The notes under the pieces are model-generated. The model was not told where the DNA came from and made no database searches. It was given only the letters and a program-made list of their open reading frames with translations. From an uncultured Verrucomicrobiae bacterium (GTDB taxonomy: Bacteria; Verrucomicrobiota; Verrucomicrobiia; Chthoniobacterales; JAATET01), in the NCBI GenBank assembly GCA_963719495.1, contig CAVRCI010000013.1:352001-416000 (forward strand): a stretch of 64,000 nucleotides of DNA, given 5' to 3'. The translations under genes and the position numbers were made by a program. Shown here in pieces: positions 22,815 through 32,048 of the stretch; position 1 is the first letter of the stretch, and the number at the start of each line of letters is the position of its first letter.

Positions 22815-23879
22815 TCAAGCCACCGTCACGCCGTCGCACAGATACACGTCCTGCACGGCGTTGAGAATCTTCACGCCCTCGTCCATCGGTCGCTGAAACG
22901 CCTTCCGCCCCGTGATGAGACCCATCCCGCCGGCGCGCTTGTTGATCACCGCCGTCGTCACCGCCTGTTTGAAATCGTCCTCCCCCGACGCGCCACCGCT
23001 GTTGATCAGACCCGCGCGCCCCAGGTAGGAATTCACCACCTGATACCGGCAAAGGTCGATCGGATGGTCGGTCGTCAGCTCGGTGTAGATCCGTTCGTCC
23101 AGCTTCCCGTAGCTGGAATCCCCCGAGTTCAGCGCCTTGTAGCCGCCGTTATTTTCCGGAAGTTTCTGCTTCACGATGTCCGCCTGGATCGTGCTGCCAA
23201 CGTGGTTCGCCTGCCCCGTGAGATCAGCCGACACGTGGTAATCCTTATCCTGCTTGAAAGCCGGATTCCGCAGATAGCACCACAGCACGGTCGCCATCCC
23301 GAGATCGTGCGCGTGCGCGAACGCCTCCGCGACCTCGACGATCTCGCGCGCCGCGTCGTCCGAACCGAAGTAAATCGTGGCCCCGACCGCCGCCGCCCCC
23401 ATGTCGTGCGCCTGCTCGATTGTTCCGAAGAGGATCTCCTGATGCTGATTCGGATAAGTCAGCAGTTCGTTGTGATTGATCTTCACGAGGAACGGGATCT
23501 TGTGCGCGTATCTCCGCGAGACCGCCCCCAGCACGCCGAACGTCGAGGCCACGGCATTGCACCCGCCCTCCATCGCCAGCTTCACGATATTCTCCGGATC
23601 GAAGTAGATCGGGTTTTTCGCGAAGCTCGCCCCCGCCGAATGTTCGATCCCCTGATCGACCGGCAGGATCGAAACGTAACCCGTCCCGGCCAACCGTCCG
23701 GAATTCAGAATCCAGTTCAGGTTGTTGAGAACCCGCTGATTCCGATTCGTCGGAGCAAAGATCCGATCCACCCAATCGCCACCCGGCAGGTGCAACAGAT
23801 CCTTGGAAACGGTCCCGCAAGAATGCCGAAGCAACGAATCCGCCGAATCACCAAGAGTCTCAACGATCGAATCAATCAT
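22815..23879 (-). CDS. fbaB: Class I fructose-bisphosphate aldolase
   Basis: [25 protein letters not shown] and GRKAFQ motifs. Confidence 0.96.
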   Translation of the reverse strand: MIDSIVETLGDSADSLLRHSCGTVSKDLLHLPGGDWVDRIFAPTNRNQRVLNNLNWILNSGRLAGTGYVSILPVDQGIEHSAGASFAKNPIYFDPENIVKLAMEGGCNAVASTFGVLGAVSRRYAHKIPFLVKINHNELLTYPNQHQEILFGTIEQAHDMGAAAVGATIYFGSDDAAREIVEVAEAFAHAHDLGMATVLWCYLRNPAFKQDKDYHVSADLTGQANHVGSTIQADIVKQKLPENNGGYKALNSGDSSYGKLDERIYTELTTDHPIDLCRYQVVNSYLGRAGLINSGGASGEDDFKQAVTTAVINKRAGGMGLITGRKAFQRPMDEGVKILNAVQDVYLCDGVTVA

Positions 23880-23898
23880 GGAGCGAATTTCATACAGT

Positions 23899-23997
23899 TT
23901 GTCCGCAAATTAAACAGATTAACGCAGGTTTCTATTCCTCTTCAGGTCATTCAGAACTCGAATTCAATCTGCGTCCCTCTGTTTAATCTGCGGACAA
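23899..23997. repeat. Inverted repeat with 9-bp-period arms, related to the purL insertion
   Basis: ttgtccgcaaattaaacagattaacgcag ... ctgcgtccctctgtttaatctgcggacaa. Confidence 0.7.
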
Positions 23998-24004
23998 CCT
24001 CACC

Positions 24005-25075
24005 TCAGTTCCGCCCCACGCAATTCAAATCCTCGAACGAAACCAGCAGCCGCTTCGTGAACGCCGCCTCCGCCGCACCGAGCCAGACCCGCGGATCGTA
24101 TTGCTTCTTGTTCGGCGCGTCCGGCCCCTTCGGGTTCCCGATCTGCCCCTGCAAATAATCGTGATTCGCCGCCTCGTATTCGCGAATCCCGTCCCAGAAT
24201 GCCCACTGCAGATCCGTGTCCAAATTCATCTTGATCGCCCCGTAGCCGATCGCCTCGCGAATCTCCGCCCGCGATGACCCCGACCCGCCGTGAAACACGA
24301 AATTCACCGGCTTCGGCCCCGTCCCGAACTTCTTCTCGATGTAGTCCTGCGAGTCCTTGAGGATCGTCGGCTTCAGCTTCACGTTCCCCGGTTTGTAGAC
24401 GCCGTGCACGTTGCCGAACGCCGCCGCGACGGTGAAGTTCGGACTCACCTTGCTGAGCGCCTCATACATCGCCGCGACTTCTTCCGGCTGCGTGTAGAGC
24501 CGCGCTTCGTCGACGTCGGAATTGTCCACGCCGTCCTCCTCGCCGCCGGTCACGCCCAACTCGATCTCGAGCGTCATTCCCATCTTCGCCATCCGCTCGA
24601 GGTAGCGGCAGCACGTCTCGACATTTTCCTCCAGCGGCTCCTCCGAGAGGTCGATCATGTGCGAGCTGTAGAGCGGCTGCCCCGTCCCAGCGAACGCCTT
24701 CTCGCTCGCGTCGAGCAGCCCGTCGATCCACGGCAGCAACTTCTTCGCGCAGTGGTCGGTATTCAAAATCACCGGAATCCCGTAGGCCTTCGCCGCCTGA
24801 TCGACGTAGGTCGCGCCCGCGATTCCGCCCAGCACCGGCCCCAGCTGATTGTCGCCCTTGATCGTCTTCCCGATGAAAAATTGCGCCCCGCCGTTGGAGA
24901 ACTGAATCATCATCGGCGAATTCACCTCGCGCCCCGCGGCCAGCGCCGCGTTCACGGAACTCGTCCCGATGCAGTTCACCGCCGGCAGCGCGAATTGCTC
25001 CGCCTTCGCCGTATCCAGCAATTCCTTCACCTCATCACCAAACAACACACCGGCCCGAAAACGTTTTTCGCTCAT
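24005..25075 (-). CDS. fbaA: Class II fructose-bisphosphate aldolase
   Basis: TDHCAKKLLPW, SSHMIDLSEE, GNVHGVY and FVFHGGSG motifs. Confidence 0.97.
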   Translation of the reverse strand: MSEKRFRAGVLFGDEVKELLDTAKAEQFALPAVNCIGTSSVNAALAAGREVNSPMMIQFSNGGAQFFIGKTIKGDNQLGPVLGGIAGATYVDQAAKAYGIPVILNTDHCAKKLLPWIDGLLDASEKAFAGTGQPLYSSHMIDLSEEPLEENVETCCRYLERMAKMGMTLEIELGVTGGEEDGVDNSDVDEARLYTQPEEVAAMYEALSKVSPNFTVAAAFGNVHGVYKPGNVKLKPTILKDSQDYIEKKFGTGPKPVNFVFHGGSGSSRAEIREAIGYGAIKMNLDTDLQWAFWDGIREYEAANHDYLQGQIGNPKGPDAPNKKQYDPRVWLGAAEAAFTKRLLVSFEDLNCVGRN

Positions 25076-25172
25076 GCCAATCGGTTTAGCACACCGTCCC
25101 GTCTTGCGCCCGACGAAAATTCATCGCATCACAGTCCCTTCACCATTCACCCCTCACCAATCACCAACTCCC

Positions 25173-25904
25173 ATGGGAAGACAATGGCTCCACGCCAAAA
25201 AAGAAGTCGCGCACCTGAAAAAAGGCCAGGCCGTCGGTAAGCTCGTCAAAGAAATCATGGTCGCCGCCAAGACCGGCGGCCCCGACCCCGAGTCGAACGC
25301 CCGCCTCTTCGCCGCCTGCGAGAAGGCCCGCAAACAAAGCGTCACCCGCGACGCCATCGAGCGCGCCATCAACAAAGGAGCCGGCATCGGCGACGACAAA
25401 GCCGTCTTCGATCACGTCGTCTTCGAAGGCTACGCGCCGCACAAAGTCCCCGTCATCGTCGAGGTCCTCACCGACAACATGAACCGGACCGCCCCCGAGA
25501 TCCGCGTACTTTTCAAAGCCGCCCAACTCGGCGCGCCCGGCAGCAACAAATTTCTTTTCGAATACGTCGGCCTCGTCGAAGCCCACCACCCCGACATCTC
25601 CATCGACCGCGAAGAAGCGGCCATCGAAGCCGGCGCCAACGAAGTCGAACCCCTCACCGCCGACGAGAACGACGACATCCCCGCCGACGCCGCCGGAGCC
25701 CGGTTCATCACCGAACGCACCGCGACGGCCGAAGCGTCGAAATGGCTAACCGACCACGGCTGGACGGTCGTCACCAGCGAACTCGGCTACGTCCCAAAGC
25801 AGTTCCCCGAATTAACCGAAGACCAAAGCACCGAAGCCGCGGAGTTCCTCGAAGCGGTGGAAAGCCACGACGACGTCCACCGAGTCTGGGCCGCACTCAA
25901 ATAA
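25173..25904 (+). CDS. YebC/PmpR (TACO1) family protein
   Basis: GGPDPESNARL, IERAI..G, EGYAP, LTDNMNRT and DDVHRVW motifs. Confidence 0.92.
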   Translation: MGRQWLHAKKEVAHLKKGQAVGKLVKEIMVAAKTGGPDPESNARLFAACEKARKQSVTRDAIERAINKGAGIGDDKAVFDHVVFEGYAPHKVPVIVEVLTDNMNRTAPEIRVLFKAAQLGAPGSNKFLFEYVGLVEAHHPDISIDREEAAIEAGANEVEPLTADENDDIPADAAGARFITERTATAEASKWLTDHGWTVVTSELGYVPKQFPELTEDQSTEAAEFLEAVESHDDVHRVWAALK

Positions 25905-25925
25905 ACGGGGGGGCGCAGCCCGCCG

Positions 25926-26004
25926 GGGGACCGCGACCTTCCAGGTCGCCGCTCCGGGCTTCCAGCCCGGAGCCACGTCCAAAACCGGCGAAGCCGCACT
26001 TCCC
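25926..26004 (+). repeat. Family A REP abutting the alaS stop codon
   Basis: ggggaccgcgaccttccaggtcgccgctccgggcttccagcccggagcc...ccggcgaagccgcacttccc. Confidence 0.9.
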
Positions 26005-29000
26005 TCACCCCGCCAAAACCCGCTCCGCCTCCGCCAGCGCCTCGCGCAATTTCGTCACATCCTTCCCGCCCCCACGCGCCGCTTCCGGTCGTCCGCCCCC
26101 CTTGCCTCCGACGACCGGCGCGATCGCTTTGATCACATCGCCAGCCCGAACCACCCCGACGAACTCCAGCGACACCGTCGCCACCAAGGCCACAACCCCA
26201 TCCGCCGCCCCCGCAAGCACCAACGCCCCCTCGAACCGCCCCTTCAGCGAGTCCGCCATCGCCTGCAACTCATCACCCGAAGCCCCCTCGATCTCCTCGA
26301 TGATCGCGGGCACGAGCAACCCCGCGCTTCGCACCCTGTCGAGCAGCGCACCCGCCGCCGCGGCCGCCTGTTTCTGGCGCAGCGCCGTCACCTGTTTTTC
26401 GAGATCCTTCTGTCGAGCCAACGTCGCCTCCAGCTTGCGCTCCAGCTCCACGACCGGCGCGCCCACCATCGCGGCCAGCGCCCCGAGCTGCCCGGCATCC
26501 GCCGCCCCGCGATCCAGCGCGACGAAACCCGCCACCGCCTCGATCCGCCGCACGCCCGCCGCGATCGCCGACTCCGCCAGAATCCGGAACGGCCCGATTT
26601 CGCCCGTCGCCCGCACGTGCGTTCCGCCGCACAACTCCATGGAATACCCGTCCAGCTCGCCCGCCGCCCCGCCAATCTGCACGACCCGCACGACGTCGCC
26701 GTATTTATCCCCGAAGAACTGCATCACGTCCGCGCGCCCCGCCACGTCGGCGTGCGGCACCTCGGTCCAACTTACCGGCGCGTTCTCGAGAATCCGTTCG
26801 TTCACCAGCCGCTCGACGTCGCGCACCTGCTGATCGCTCAGCGCCGCGCCGTTGAAATCGAACGTCAGCTTTTCCGCCCCCACGTAGGACCCCTTCTGCG
26901 AAGCCTCGCGGTTCACGACCTCGTGGATCGCCCAGTGCAGCAGGTGCGTGACCGTGTGGTGCCGCGCCACCGCCGCCCGCCGCTCGCAGTCGATCACCAC
27001 CGAGACCCGCGAGCCCGTTTCCGGCGCGTCGTCGCCGTCGATGAAGTGTAAAAACGTCGCGCCCGCCTTGCGCACGTCAGTCACCGACCAACTCGCCGCC
27101 CCGTGCGAGATAAGACCCCAGTCGCCGACCTGCCCGCCCATCTCCGCGTAGCAAACCGTCGCGTCAAGGACCACCGCCGTCCGGTCTTTCACCGCCACGA
27201 CATCCAGCACCTCGGCGTCCATTTCGTCCGTCTCGAACCCTTCGAACCGCGTCACCCCCGACCCGTCGAAACTGGCCAGACTGATCACCTCCTTCTTCTG
27301 AGCCGCCCGAGCCCGGCTGCGCTGCGCCTCCATCAACGTTTCGAAACCCGCCGTATTCACCGAGAGCCCCCGCTCCCGCGCCATCAGCTCCGTCAGATCC
27401 AGCGGGAACCCCTGCTCGTCATAGAGCTTGAACGCAAACTCCCCGGAAATCACCCCGGGAGCGCCAGCACCCCGGGGACCGCGACCTTCCAGGTCGCCGC
27501 TTCGAGCTTCCAGCTCGGAGCCACGTTCCAATCCCGGCGAAGCCGCACTTCCCGCACCCGCAGCCTCCGCCCGCCCCCGAAACCAAATCCACGAATAATC
27601 CTCCTCCGGTCCCACGACGTCCGACCGCCAGGGATTCGAAAGCACGTAGTGAAACTTTTCCTCCACGTCGGCATCCGACCGCATGAGCCGGTCGTGATAT
27701 TCGTTCTCCCAGAGTTGCTCCCCTTCTCGACCCTCCAGCTTGTTGACCTCATTCGCGGTGAACGATTTCAGCGAATGGAAAATCTCCGCCAGTCCAAAGA
27801 AGCTCGGCTCTCCAACGGCATCCCCGCCGTTGACCATAGGCTGAAGCAAAACGTGCACGTGGTCCGGCATCACGCAAGCCGCGTAGAGTTCGTAGCGTCG
27901 GCCATCGAAGTGCCGAAGCGAGTTCATGACGACGTCGCGCGCCGGCTCGGTCAGGATGCGATGGTCCCGTGTCGAAAAAGTCACGTGGTAGATGCCGTGC
28001 GGACGTTCGTAGTGCGGGAGGCGGCGTTTCCAGTAGCGAGCGCCCGCGGCGGGCGATTGGGGGGAAGCTCCGAGCTGGAAGCTCGAAGCAGCGACCTGGA
28101 AGGTCGCGCTCCCCAGCCTTTCGGCTTCGCTTTCGAACATCGCGATCCCGCGATCCAGCGTCCGATTGAACGCCTCCTCCTCCATGTGCAGCACCTCGCG
28201 AATGTGCCCCTGCTGCCGCCGCAACTCCGGAAAGACATCGCCCATCGATCGCACGACCACGTCCGACAATTTGTAGAAAAACGGCTCGTGAAACCCCAGC
28301 TCCCGCCCGTATTTCACCGCCCGCCGCAGGATTCGCCGCAGGACGTAATTTCGGTCCGAGTTCCCCGGCTGAATCCCATCCGCGATGGAAAACGTCAACG
28401 TCCGGATGTGATCCGCGATCACCCGAAACGCCACGTCACCCCGCTCCTGGTCCGATTCACCCGCCGACCCCGCCATCGGCAGAGTCGACCCGTATTTCCG
28501 CCCGCTCATCGTCTCCAGCTCGTCGAAGATCGGCCGGAAGATATCCGTTTCGTAATTCGAGATCTTCGCGTTCGCAAAATCCGTGAACCCCCGTGTCCCC
28601 TGAATGATCGAAGTCACCCGCTCGAACCCCATCCCCGTATCCACGTGCTGCGCCGGCAGCGGCACGAACGACCCGTCCGGATTCGCGTTGAACTGAATGA
28701 ACACGAGATTCCAAATCTCGATGCACCGCGCGTCCCCCGCGTTCACCAGCGACCCCCGCGTATCCCCGGCGGGCGTCAAATCGACGTGCAGCTCCGAGCA
28801 AGGCCCGCACGGCCCCGTCTCGCCCATCATCCAGAAATTATCCGCCTTGTTCCCGTTGACGATTTGCACCGCCGGATCGAGTCCCACCGCGCGAAAAAGC
28901 TCCGCCCAAAGATCCCACGCCTCCTGGTCGAACTCGCTCGGATCCCCTTCCCCCGGGGCGTAAACCGTCGCGTAAAGCCGCTCCGCCGGGAATCCCCACC

Positions 29001-29376
29001 GCTCCACCACCAGCTCCCAAGCCCACCGGATCGCCTCCGCTTTGAAGTAATCGCCGAAGCTCCAATTTCCCAGCATCTCGAAGAACGTCTGGTGGTAGGT
29101 ATCCAGCCCAACATCCTCGAGGTCGTTGTGTTTCCCGCCCGCGCGAATGCACTTCTGCGTGTCCGTCGCCCGCGTGTCGCGCCCCGGCACGCCCCCCGCC
29201 CAGCGGCTCACGTCCGGTGCCTTCTGACCCAGGAAGATCGGGACAAATTGGTTCATCCCCGCGTTCGTGAAGAGCAGGTTCGGCGAGTCCGGCATCAGGC
29301 TGGACGACGGCACCACCGAGTGCCCCTTCGAAGCGAAAAAATCCAAATACGACTGCCGAATCTCAGAACTGGTCAT
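26005..29376 (-). CDS. alaS: Alanine--tRNA ligase with an in-frame RAYT transposase insertion (1123 aa)
   Basis: LLFTNAGMNQF, FFEMLGNWSFGDYFK, DTGMGFER, VIADHIR, editing motifs HHTVTH and ELCGGTH, and C-terminal GGKGGG are all present. Residues about 422-640 are foreign. Confidence 0.97.
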   Translation of the reverse strand: MTSSEIRQSYLDFFASKGHSVVPSSSLMPDSPNLLFTNAGMNQFVPIFLGQKAPDVSRWAGGVPGRDTRATDTQKCIRAGGKHNDLEDVGLDTYHQTFFEMLGNWSFGDYFKAEAIRWAWELVVERWGFPAERLYATVYAPGEGDPSEFDQEAWDLWAELFRAVGLDPAVQIVNGNKADNFWMMGETGPCGPCSELHVDLTPAGDTRGSLVNAGDARCIEIWNLVFIQFNANPDGSFVPLPAQHVDTGMGFERVTSIIQGTRGFTDFANAKISNYETDIFRPIFDELETMSGRKYGSTLPMAGSAGESDQERGDVAFRVIADHIRTLTFSIADGIQPGNSDRNYVLRRILRRAVKYGRELGFHEPFFYKLSDVVVRSMGDVFPELRRQQGHIREVLHMEEEAFNRTLDRGIAMFESEAERLGSATFQVAASSFQLGASPQSPAAGARYWKRRLPHYERPHGIYHVTFSTRDHRILTEPARDVVMNSLRHFDGRRYELYAACVMPDHVHVLLQPMVNGGDAVGEPSFFGLAEIFHSLKSFTANEVNKLEGREGEQLWENEYHDRLMRSDADVEEKFHYVLSNPWRSDVVGPEEDYSWIWFRGRAEAAGAGSAASPGLERGSELEARSGDLEGRGPRGAGAPGVISGEFAFKLYDEQGFPLDLTELMARERGLSVNTAGFETLMEAQRSRARAAQKKEVISLASFDGSGVTRFEGFETDEMDAEVLDVVAVKDRTAVVLDATVCYAEMGGQVGDWGLISHGAASWSVTDVRKAGATFLHFIDGDDAPETGSRVSVVIDCERRAAVARHHTVTHLLHWAIHEVVNREASQKGSYVGAEKLTFDFNGAALSDQQVRDVERLVNERILENAPVSWTEVPHADVAGRADVMQFFGDKYGDVVRVVQIGGAAGELDGYSMELCGGTHVRATGEIGPFRILAESAIAAGVRRIEAVAGFVALDRGAADAGQLGALAAMVGAPVVELERKLEATLARQKDLEKQVTALRQKQAAAAAGALLDRVRSAGLLVPAIIEEIEGASGDELQAMADSLKGRFEGALVLAGAADGVVALVATVSLEFVGVVRAGDVIKAIAPVVGGKGGGRPEAARGGGKDVTKLREALAEAERVLAG
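27457..28114 (-). mobile_element. REP-flanked Y1 tyrosine transposase (RAYT-like) cassette embedded in frame in alaS
   Basis: RRLPH, YHVTFST, VMPDHVHVLL (HUH), LKSFTA, LWENEYHDRLMR and HYVLSNP (catalytic Tyr). Inverted repeats at 27474-27521 and 28067-28114 match at 46 of 48 positions. Confidence 0.92.
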
Positions 29377-29415
29377 CACGTAAAACACCGTCCCCAAAAC
29401 CAAAAAGAAAAGCAA

Positions 29416-29490
29416 GGGGACCGCGACCTTCCAGGTCGCCGCTTCGAGCTTCCAGCTCGAAGCCCCCCAAACCCGGCGAAGCCGCACTCC
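29416..29490 (+). repeat. Family A REP 40 bp upstream of the alaS start
   Basis: ggggaccgcgaccttccaggtcgccgcttcgagcttccagctcgaagcc...ccggcgaagccgcactcc. Confidence 0.9.
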
Positions 29491-29496
29491 AGCCTC

Positions 29497-30495
29497 TTAA
29501 ATCTCCGGAATCAGATCCACCACTTCCCCCCGCGAGAACCGCACCCCGCTCCCCGCCAACCCCTCACCCTCCACGCGCAGCTCCATCCGCTCCACCCCGT
29601 CCAGCTCCCCCGCCCCACCCGATATCACCTCGACCCGCCGCCCCCGCCACACCGCGCCCCCGTCCTCCGTCGGCGACACGCCCCCCACGAACCGCGCCGC
29701 CGCCCGCGGCGTCCCCGACGTCGTCACGACCGCCATCACCTCCGCGTCCCGATCGACCCCACGCGAGATCACCATCCGCACCGCCTCGCCACCCAAAGTC
29801 CCCGGATAAGCCAACCCCGTCGCCAACCGCTCCCGCAAAGCCGCCTCCGCCTCCGCCGCCCGCCGCGCAAAAGCCGCCTCCCAGTCCGCCCGCAACGCCT
29901 CCAACCCAGCGACGACCACGCCCACCTCCGCCAAAGCCCGCCCCGCCGCCTCCGTCCCGACGACCGGAATCTCGGGCCGCACCACCGTCTCGCCCGTCAG
30001 CTCGAGCGTGTTCCCCGATTCCTCGATCACCCAGCCGCCCTCCACCGTCGGCCGAAGTTCCAAGGTCACCAGCGCCGGCAGCTCCGACCCCGCCGAATGC
30101 TCGACCCGCTTGAGCAAAAATCCATACCGCGCCTGCTGCCACGTCCGCTCGATCGACGTCCGCAACGCCGCCCCCTCCGGCAAACGTCCCGCCGCCCAAT
30201 CTCTTACCGCGTCCAGCCTCGCCGCCAGCGCCCCGGCACTCTCCACCCCAAACCCATCGAAGATCGTCACCATCTCCCGCCGCGTCCGATACCGCACCGG
30301 CACGGACGTCCGAAAGCGCCCGTCGCCGATGGCCTCGAGCGGAAACTCCCCCGTCACCTCGACCAGCGAAGCGTTCTCCGGCGGATTCCCCGCCACGAAT
30401 TCCCGCACCAGATCACCCCGCCGATCCGAGCACCCAACGACCGCCCCCAGCACGACCGCCACCGCGGCCCATCGCACCCATTGCCGAACCATCAT
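29497..30495 (-). CDS. Hypothetical lipoprotein
   Basis: Signal peptide ending in the lipobox-like VVGC; about 332 aa; codon style matches neighbouring genes. Confidence 0.65.
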   Translation of the reverse strand: MMVRQWVRWAAVAVVLGAVVGCSDRRGDLVREFVAGNPPENASLVEVTGEFPLEAIGDGRFRTSVPVRYRTRREMVTIFDGFGVESAGALAARLDAVRDWAAGRLPEGAALRTSIERTWQQARYGFLLKRVEHSAGSELPALVTLELRPTVEGGWVIEESGNTLELTGETVVRPEIPVVGTEAAGRALAEVGVVVAGLEALRADWEAAFARRAAEAEAALRERLATGLAYPGTLGGEAVRMVISRGVDRDAEVMAVVTTSGTPRAAARFVGGVSPTEDGGAVWRGRRVEVISGGAGELDGVERMELRVEGEGLAGSGVRFSRGEVVDLIPEI

Positions 30496-30539
30496 CCGAG
30501 AACCCATCGCAGCCCGCTCTCCGCCCGGTCGTCGCCGCG

Positions 30540-31106
30540 TTAGTTGCCGAGCAGACCCTGCTTGAGCGACTCCGCCGCCGGCTTCGGCCCAAAGAACAAA
30601 CTCAGAAACGCCTGCTGGAAATCCTTCCCCTCCACCGAGCCTTTGTAAGACCCACCATCGTAGACCTTCGTCTCATCGCCCACCAACACGACCCGCTGCG
30701 TCTCCAGCTTCCCGATCGGATCGAACATCGCCACGAACGCCTTCCGGTCCGCCTCGAACCCGTCGTAGGGATCGGTCACGCTGAAATCGAACTGCTTGTT
30801 CCAACCATCGTCGACCTGCCCCTGATTCGCCGATCGCAGGAACGTGAAATGGAACTCGAGCGGCCCCTCGGAGCCCATCACCGCGCCCGCCGATCCCAAT
30901 TGGGAAGGCGCAAAGAACGCCGCCACGTAAACCTTGATCGGAATGAACGCCAACTTGATCGACCGCACCCCCGTGCCGTTCAGTTTCAATGAAGTCCCCG
31001 CGACCGTCACCGACCCCGGCACATCCACCCCCTCGACCGATTTCGCGCTCAGCGTCCCCATCGCCACCAATCCACAGATCGTCACCGCACTGAAAAAATT
31101 TCTCAT
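30540..31106 (-). CDS. Chalcone-isomerase-like exported protein
   Basis: Signal peptide; LKLNGTGVR, KVYVAA and F..AFLSLFFG.KP....LKQGLLG motifs. Confidence 0.85.
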   Translation of the reverse strand: MRNFFSAVTICGLVAMGTLSAKSVEGVDVPGSVTVAGTSLKLNGTGVRSIKLAFIPIKVYVAAFFAPSQLGSAGAVMGSEGPLEFHFTFLRSANQGQVDDGWNKQFDFSVTDPYDGFEADRKAFVAMFDPIGKLETQRVVLVGDETKVYDGGSYKGSVEGKDFQQAFLSLFFGPKPAAESLKQGLLGN

Positions 31107-31199
31107 CCGAAATCAGTATCTGTCCGCCGCGACGACCGCAATCCACGAGATCCCAGCGGAAACTCGCCGAGTCCACCGATTCCGTGTAACCTCCAAACC

Positions 31200-31943
31200 G
31201 TGATCAATAACCTCCCGCGCCTCGCGGCCATCCCCGTCCTCGCCCTCCTCGCCAGCTGCGCCTCCGTCACCGCCGTCAAGACCGACGCCGTCCCGATGGA
31301 GAATCCCGACAGTCTCCCCGAGCGCATCTACGTCCGCGACTTCGCGACACCCGCCGAGAATATCCGCGCCGACCGCGACGGCGAGCGGCTTGCCGCCTTC
31401 CAGCGCGACATCGCCGACAAGCTCACCGCCCAGCTCGTCAAGAAGATCGACCGCAGTCTCACCGCCGCCGAGCCCCTCGCCGCCGACGCCGACCTCCCCC
31501 GCGGCAACGCCTGGCTCATCACCGGCGAGTTCGACCGGGTCAACCAAGGCAGCCGCGCCCTGCGCACCATCTTCGGCTTCGGCTCCGGCGGCACCAAGGT
31601 CGTGACCACCGCCAGCGTCTACGACCTCTCGACCAACCCACCCACCCCACTCTTCGCGGTCCGCACCAGCGGCGGATCGAACGCCATGCCCGGCGTCATC
31701 GTCAGCGCAAATCCGTTCACCGTCGTCGGCCCCATCATCTTCGGCGTTGGGGGAGTCGTCGCCGGCGCGGGAGCCGGTATCCTCCCCGGTCTCACCGACG
31801 ACATCCGCCGCACCGCCCGCGAGATCACCGCCACCCTCTCCGCCTACTCCGCCCAACAAGGCTGGATCCCCGAAGATCAAGCAATGAACCCCAAAAAGCC
31901 CGGCACCGGAGCCATCCGCATCTCCGACCCCAAGCGGCGCTAG
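31200..31943 (+). CDS. DUF4410-like lipoprotein
   Basis: Lipobox LASC; IYVRDF and ITGEFDRVNQGSRALR..FGFGSG motifs. Confidence 0.75.
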   Translation: MINNLPRLAAIPVLALLASCASVTAVKTDAVPMENPDSLPERIYVRDFATPAENIRADRDGERLAAFQRDIADKLTAQLVKKIDRSLTAAEPLAADADLPRGNAWLITGEFDRVNQGSRALRTIFGFGSGGTKVVTTASVYDLSTNPPTPLFAVRTSGGSNAMPGVIVSANPFTVVGPIIFGVGGVVAGAGAGILPGLTDDIRRTAREITATLSAYSAQQGWIPEDQAMNPKKPGTGAIRISDPKRR

Positions 31944-31968
31944 CCCCGCCGGGGATCGCGACCCGCAG

Positions 31969-32043
31969 GGGGACCGCGAGCTTCCAGCTCGCCGCTTCGG
32001 GCTTCCAGCCCGAAGCCCCCCAACCCGGCGAAGCCGCACTCCC
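31969..32043 (+). repeat. Family A REP between convergent genes
   Basis: ggggaccgcgagcttccagctcgccgcttcgggcttccagcccgaagcc...ccggcgaagccgcact. Confidence 0.9.
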
Positions 32044-32048
32044 CCCCG

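Noticed and set aside
27457..28114. Intein or group I/II intron as the explanation of the alaS insert
   Set aside because: No N-terminal Cys/Ser splicing block or C-terminal His-Asn, no LAGLIDADG or reverse transcriptase motifs, and little non-coding room for a ribozyme core. The insert is essentially the Y1 domain plus REP linkers.
29377..29487. 37-aa N-terminal extension of AlaRS in the ORF track
   Set aside because: It is a translation of the upstream family A REP; AlaRS homology starts at MTSSEIRQ (29376).
27103..30543. 1146-aa plus-strand ORF and similar long R/P/S-rich ORFs across the window
   Set aside because: Low-complexity shadow frames of recognisable genes, expected at high GC.
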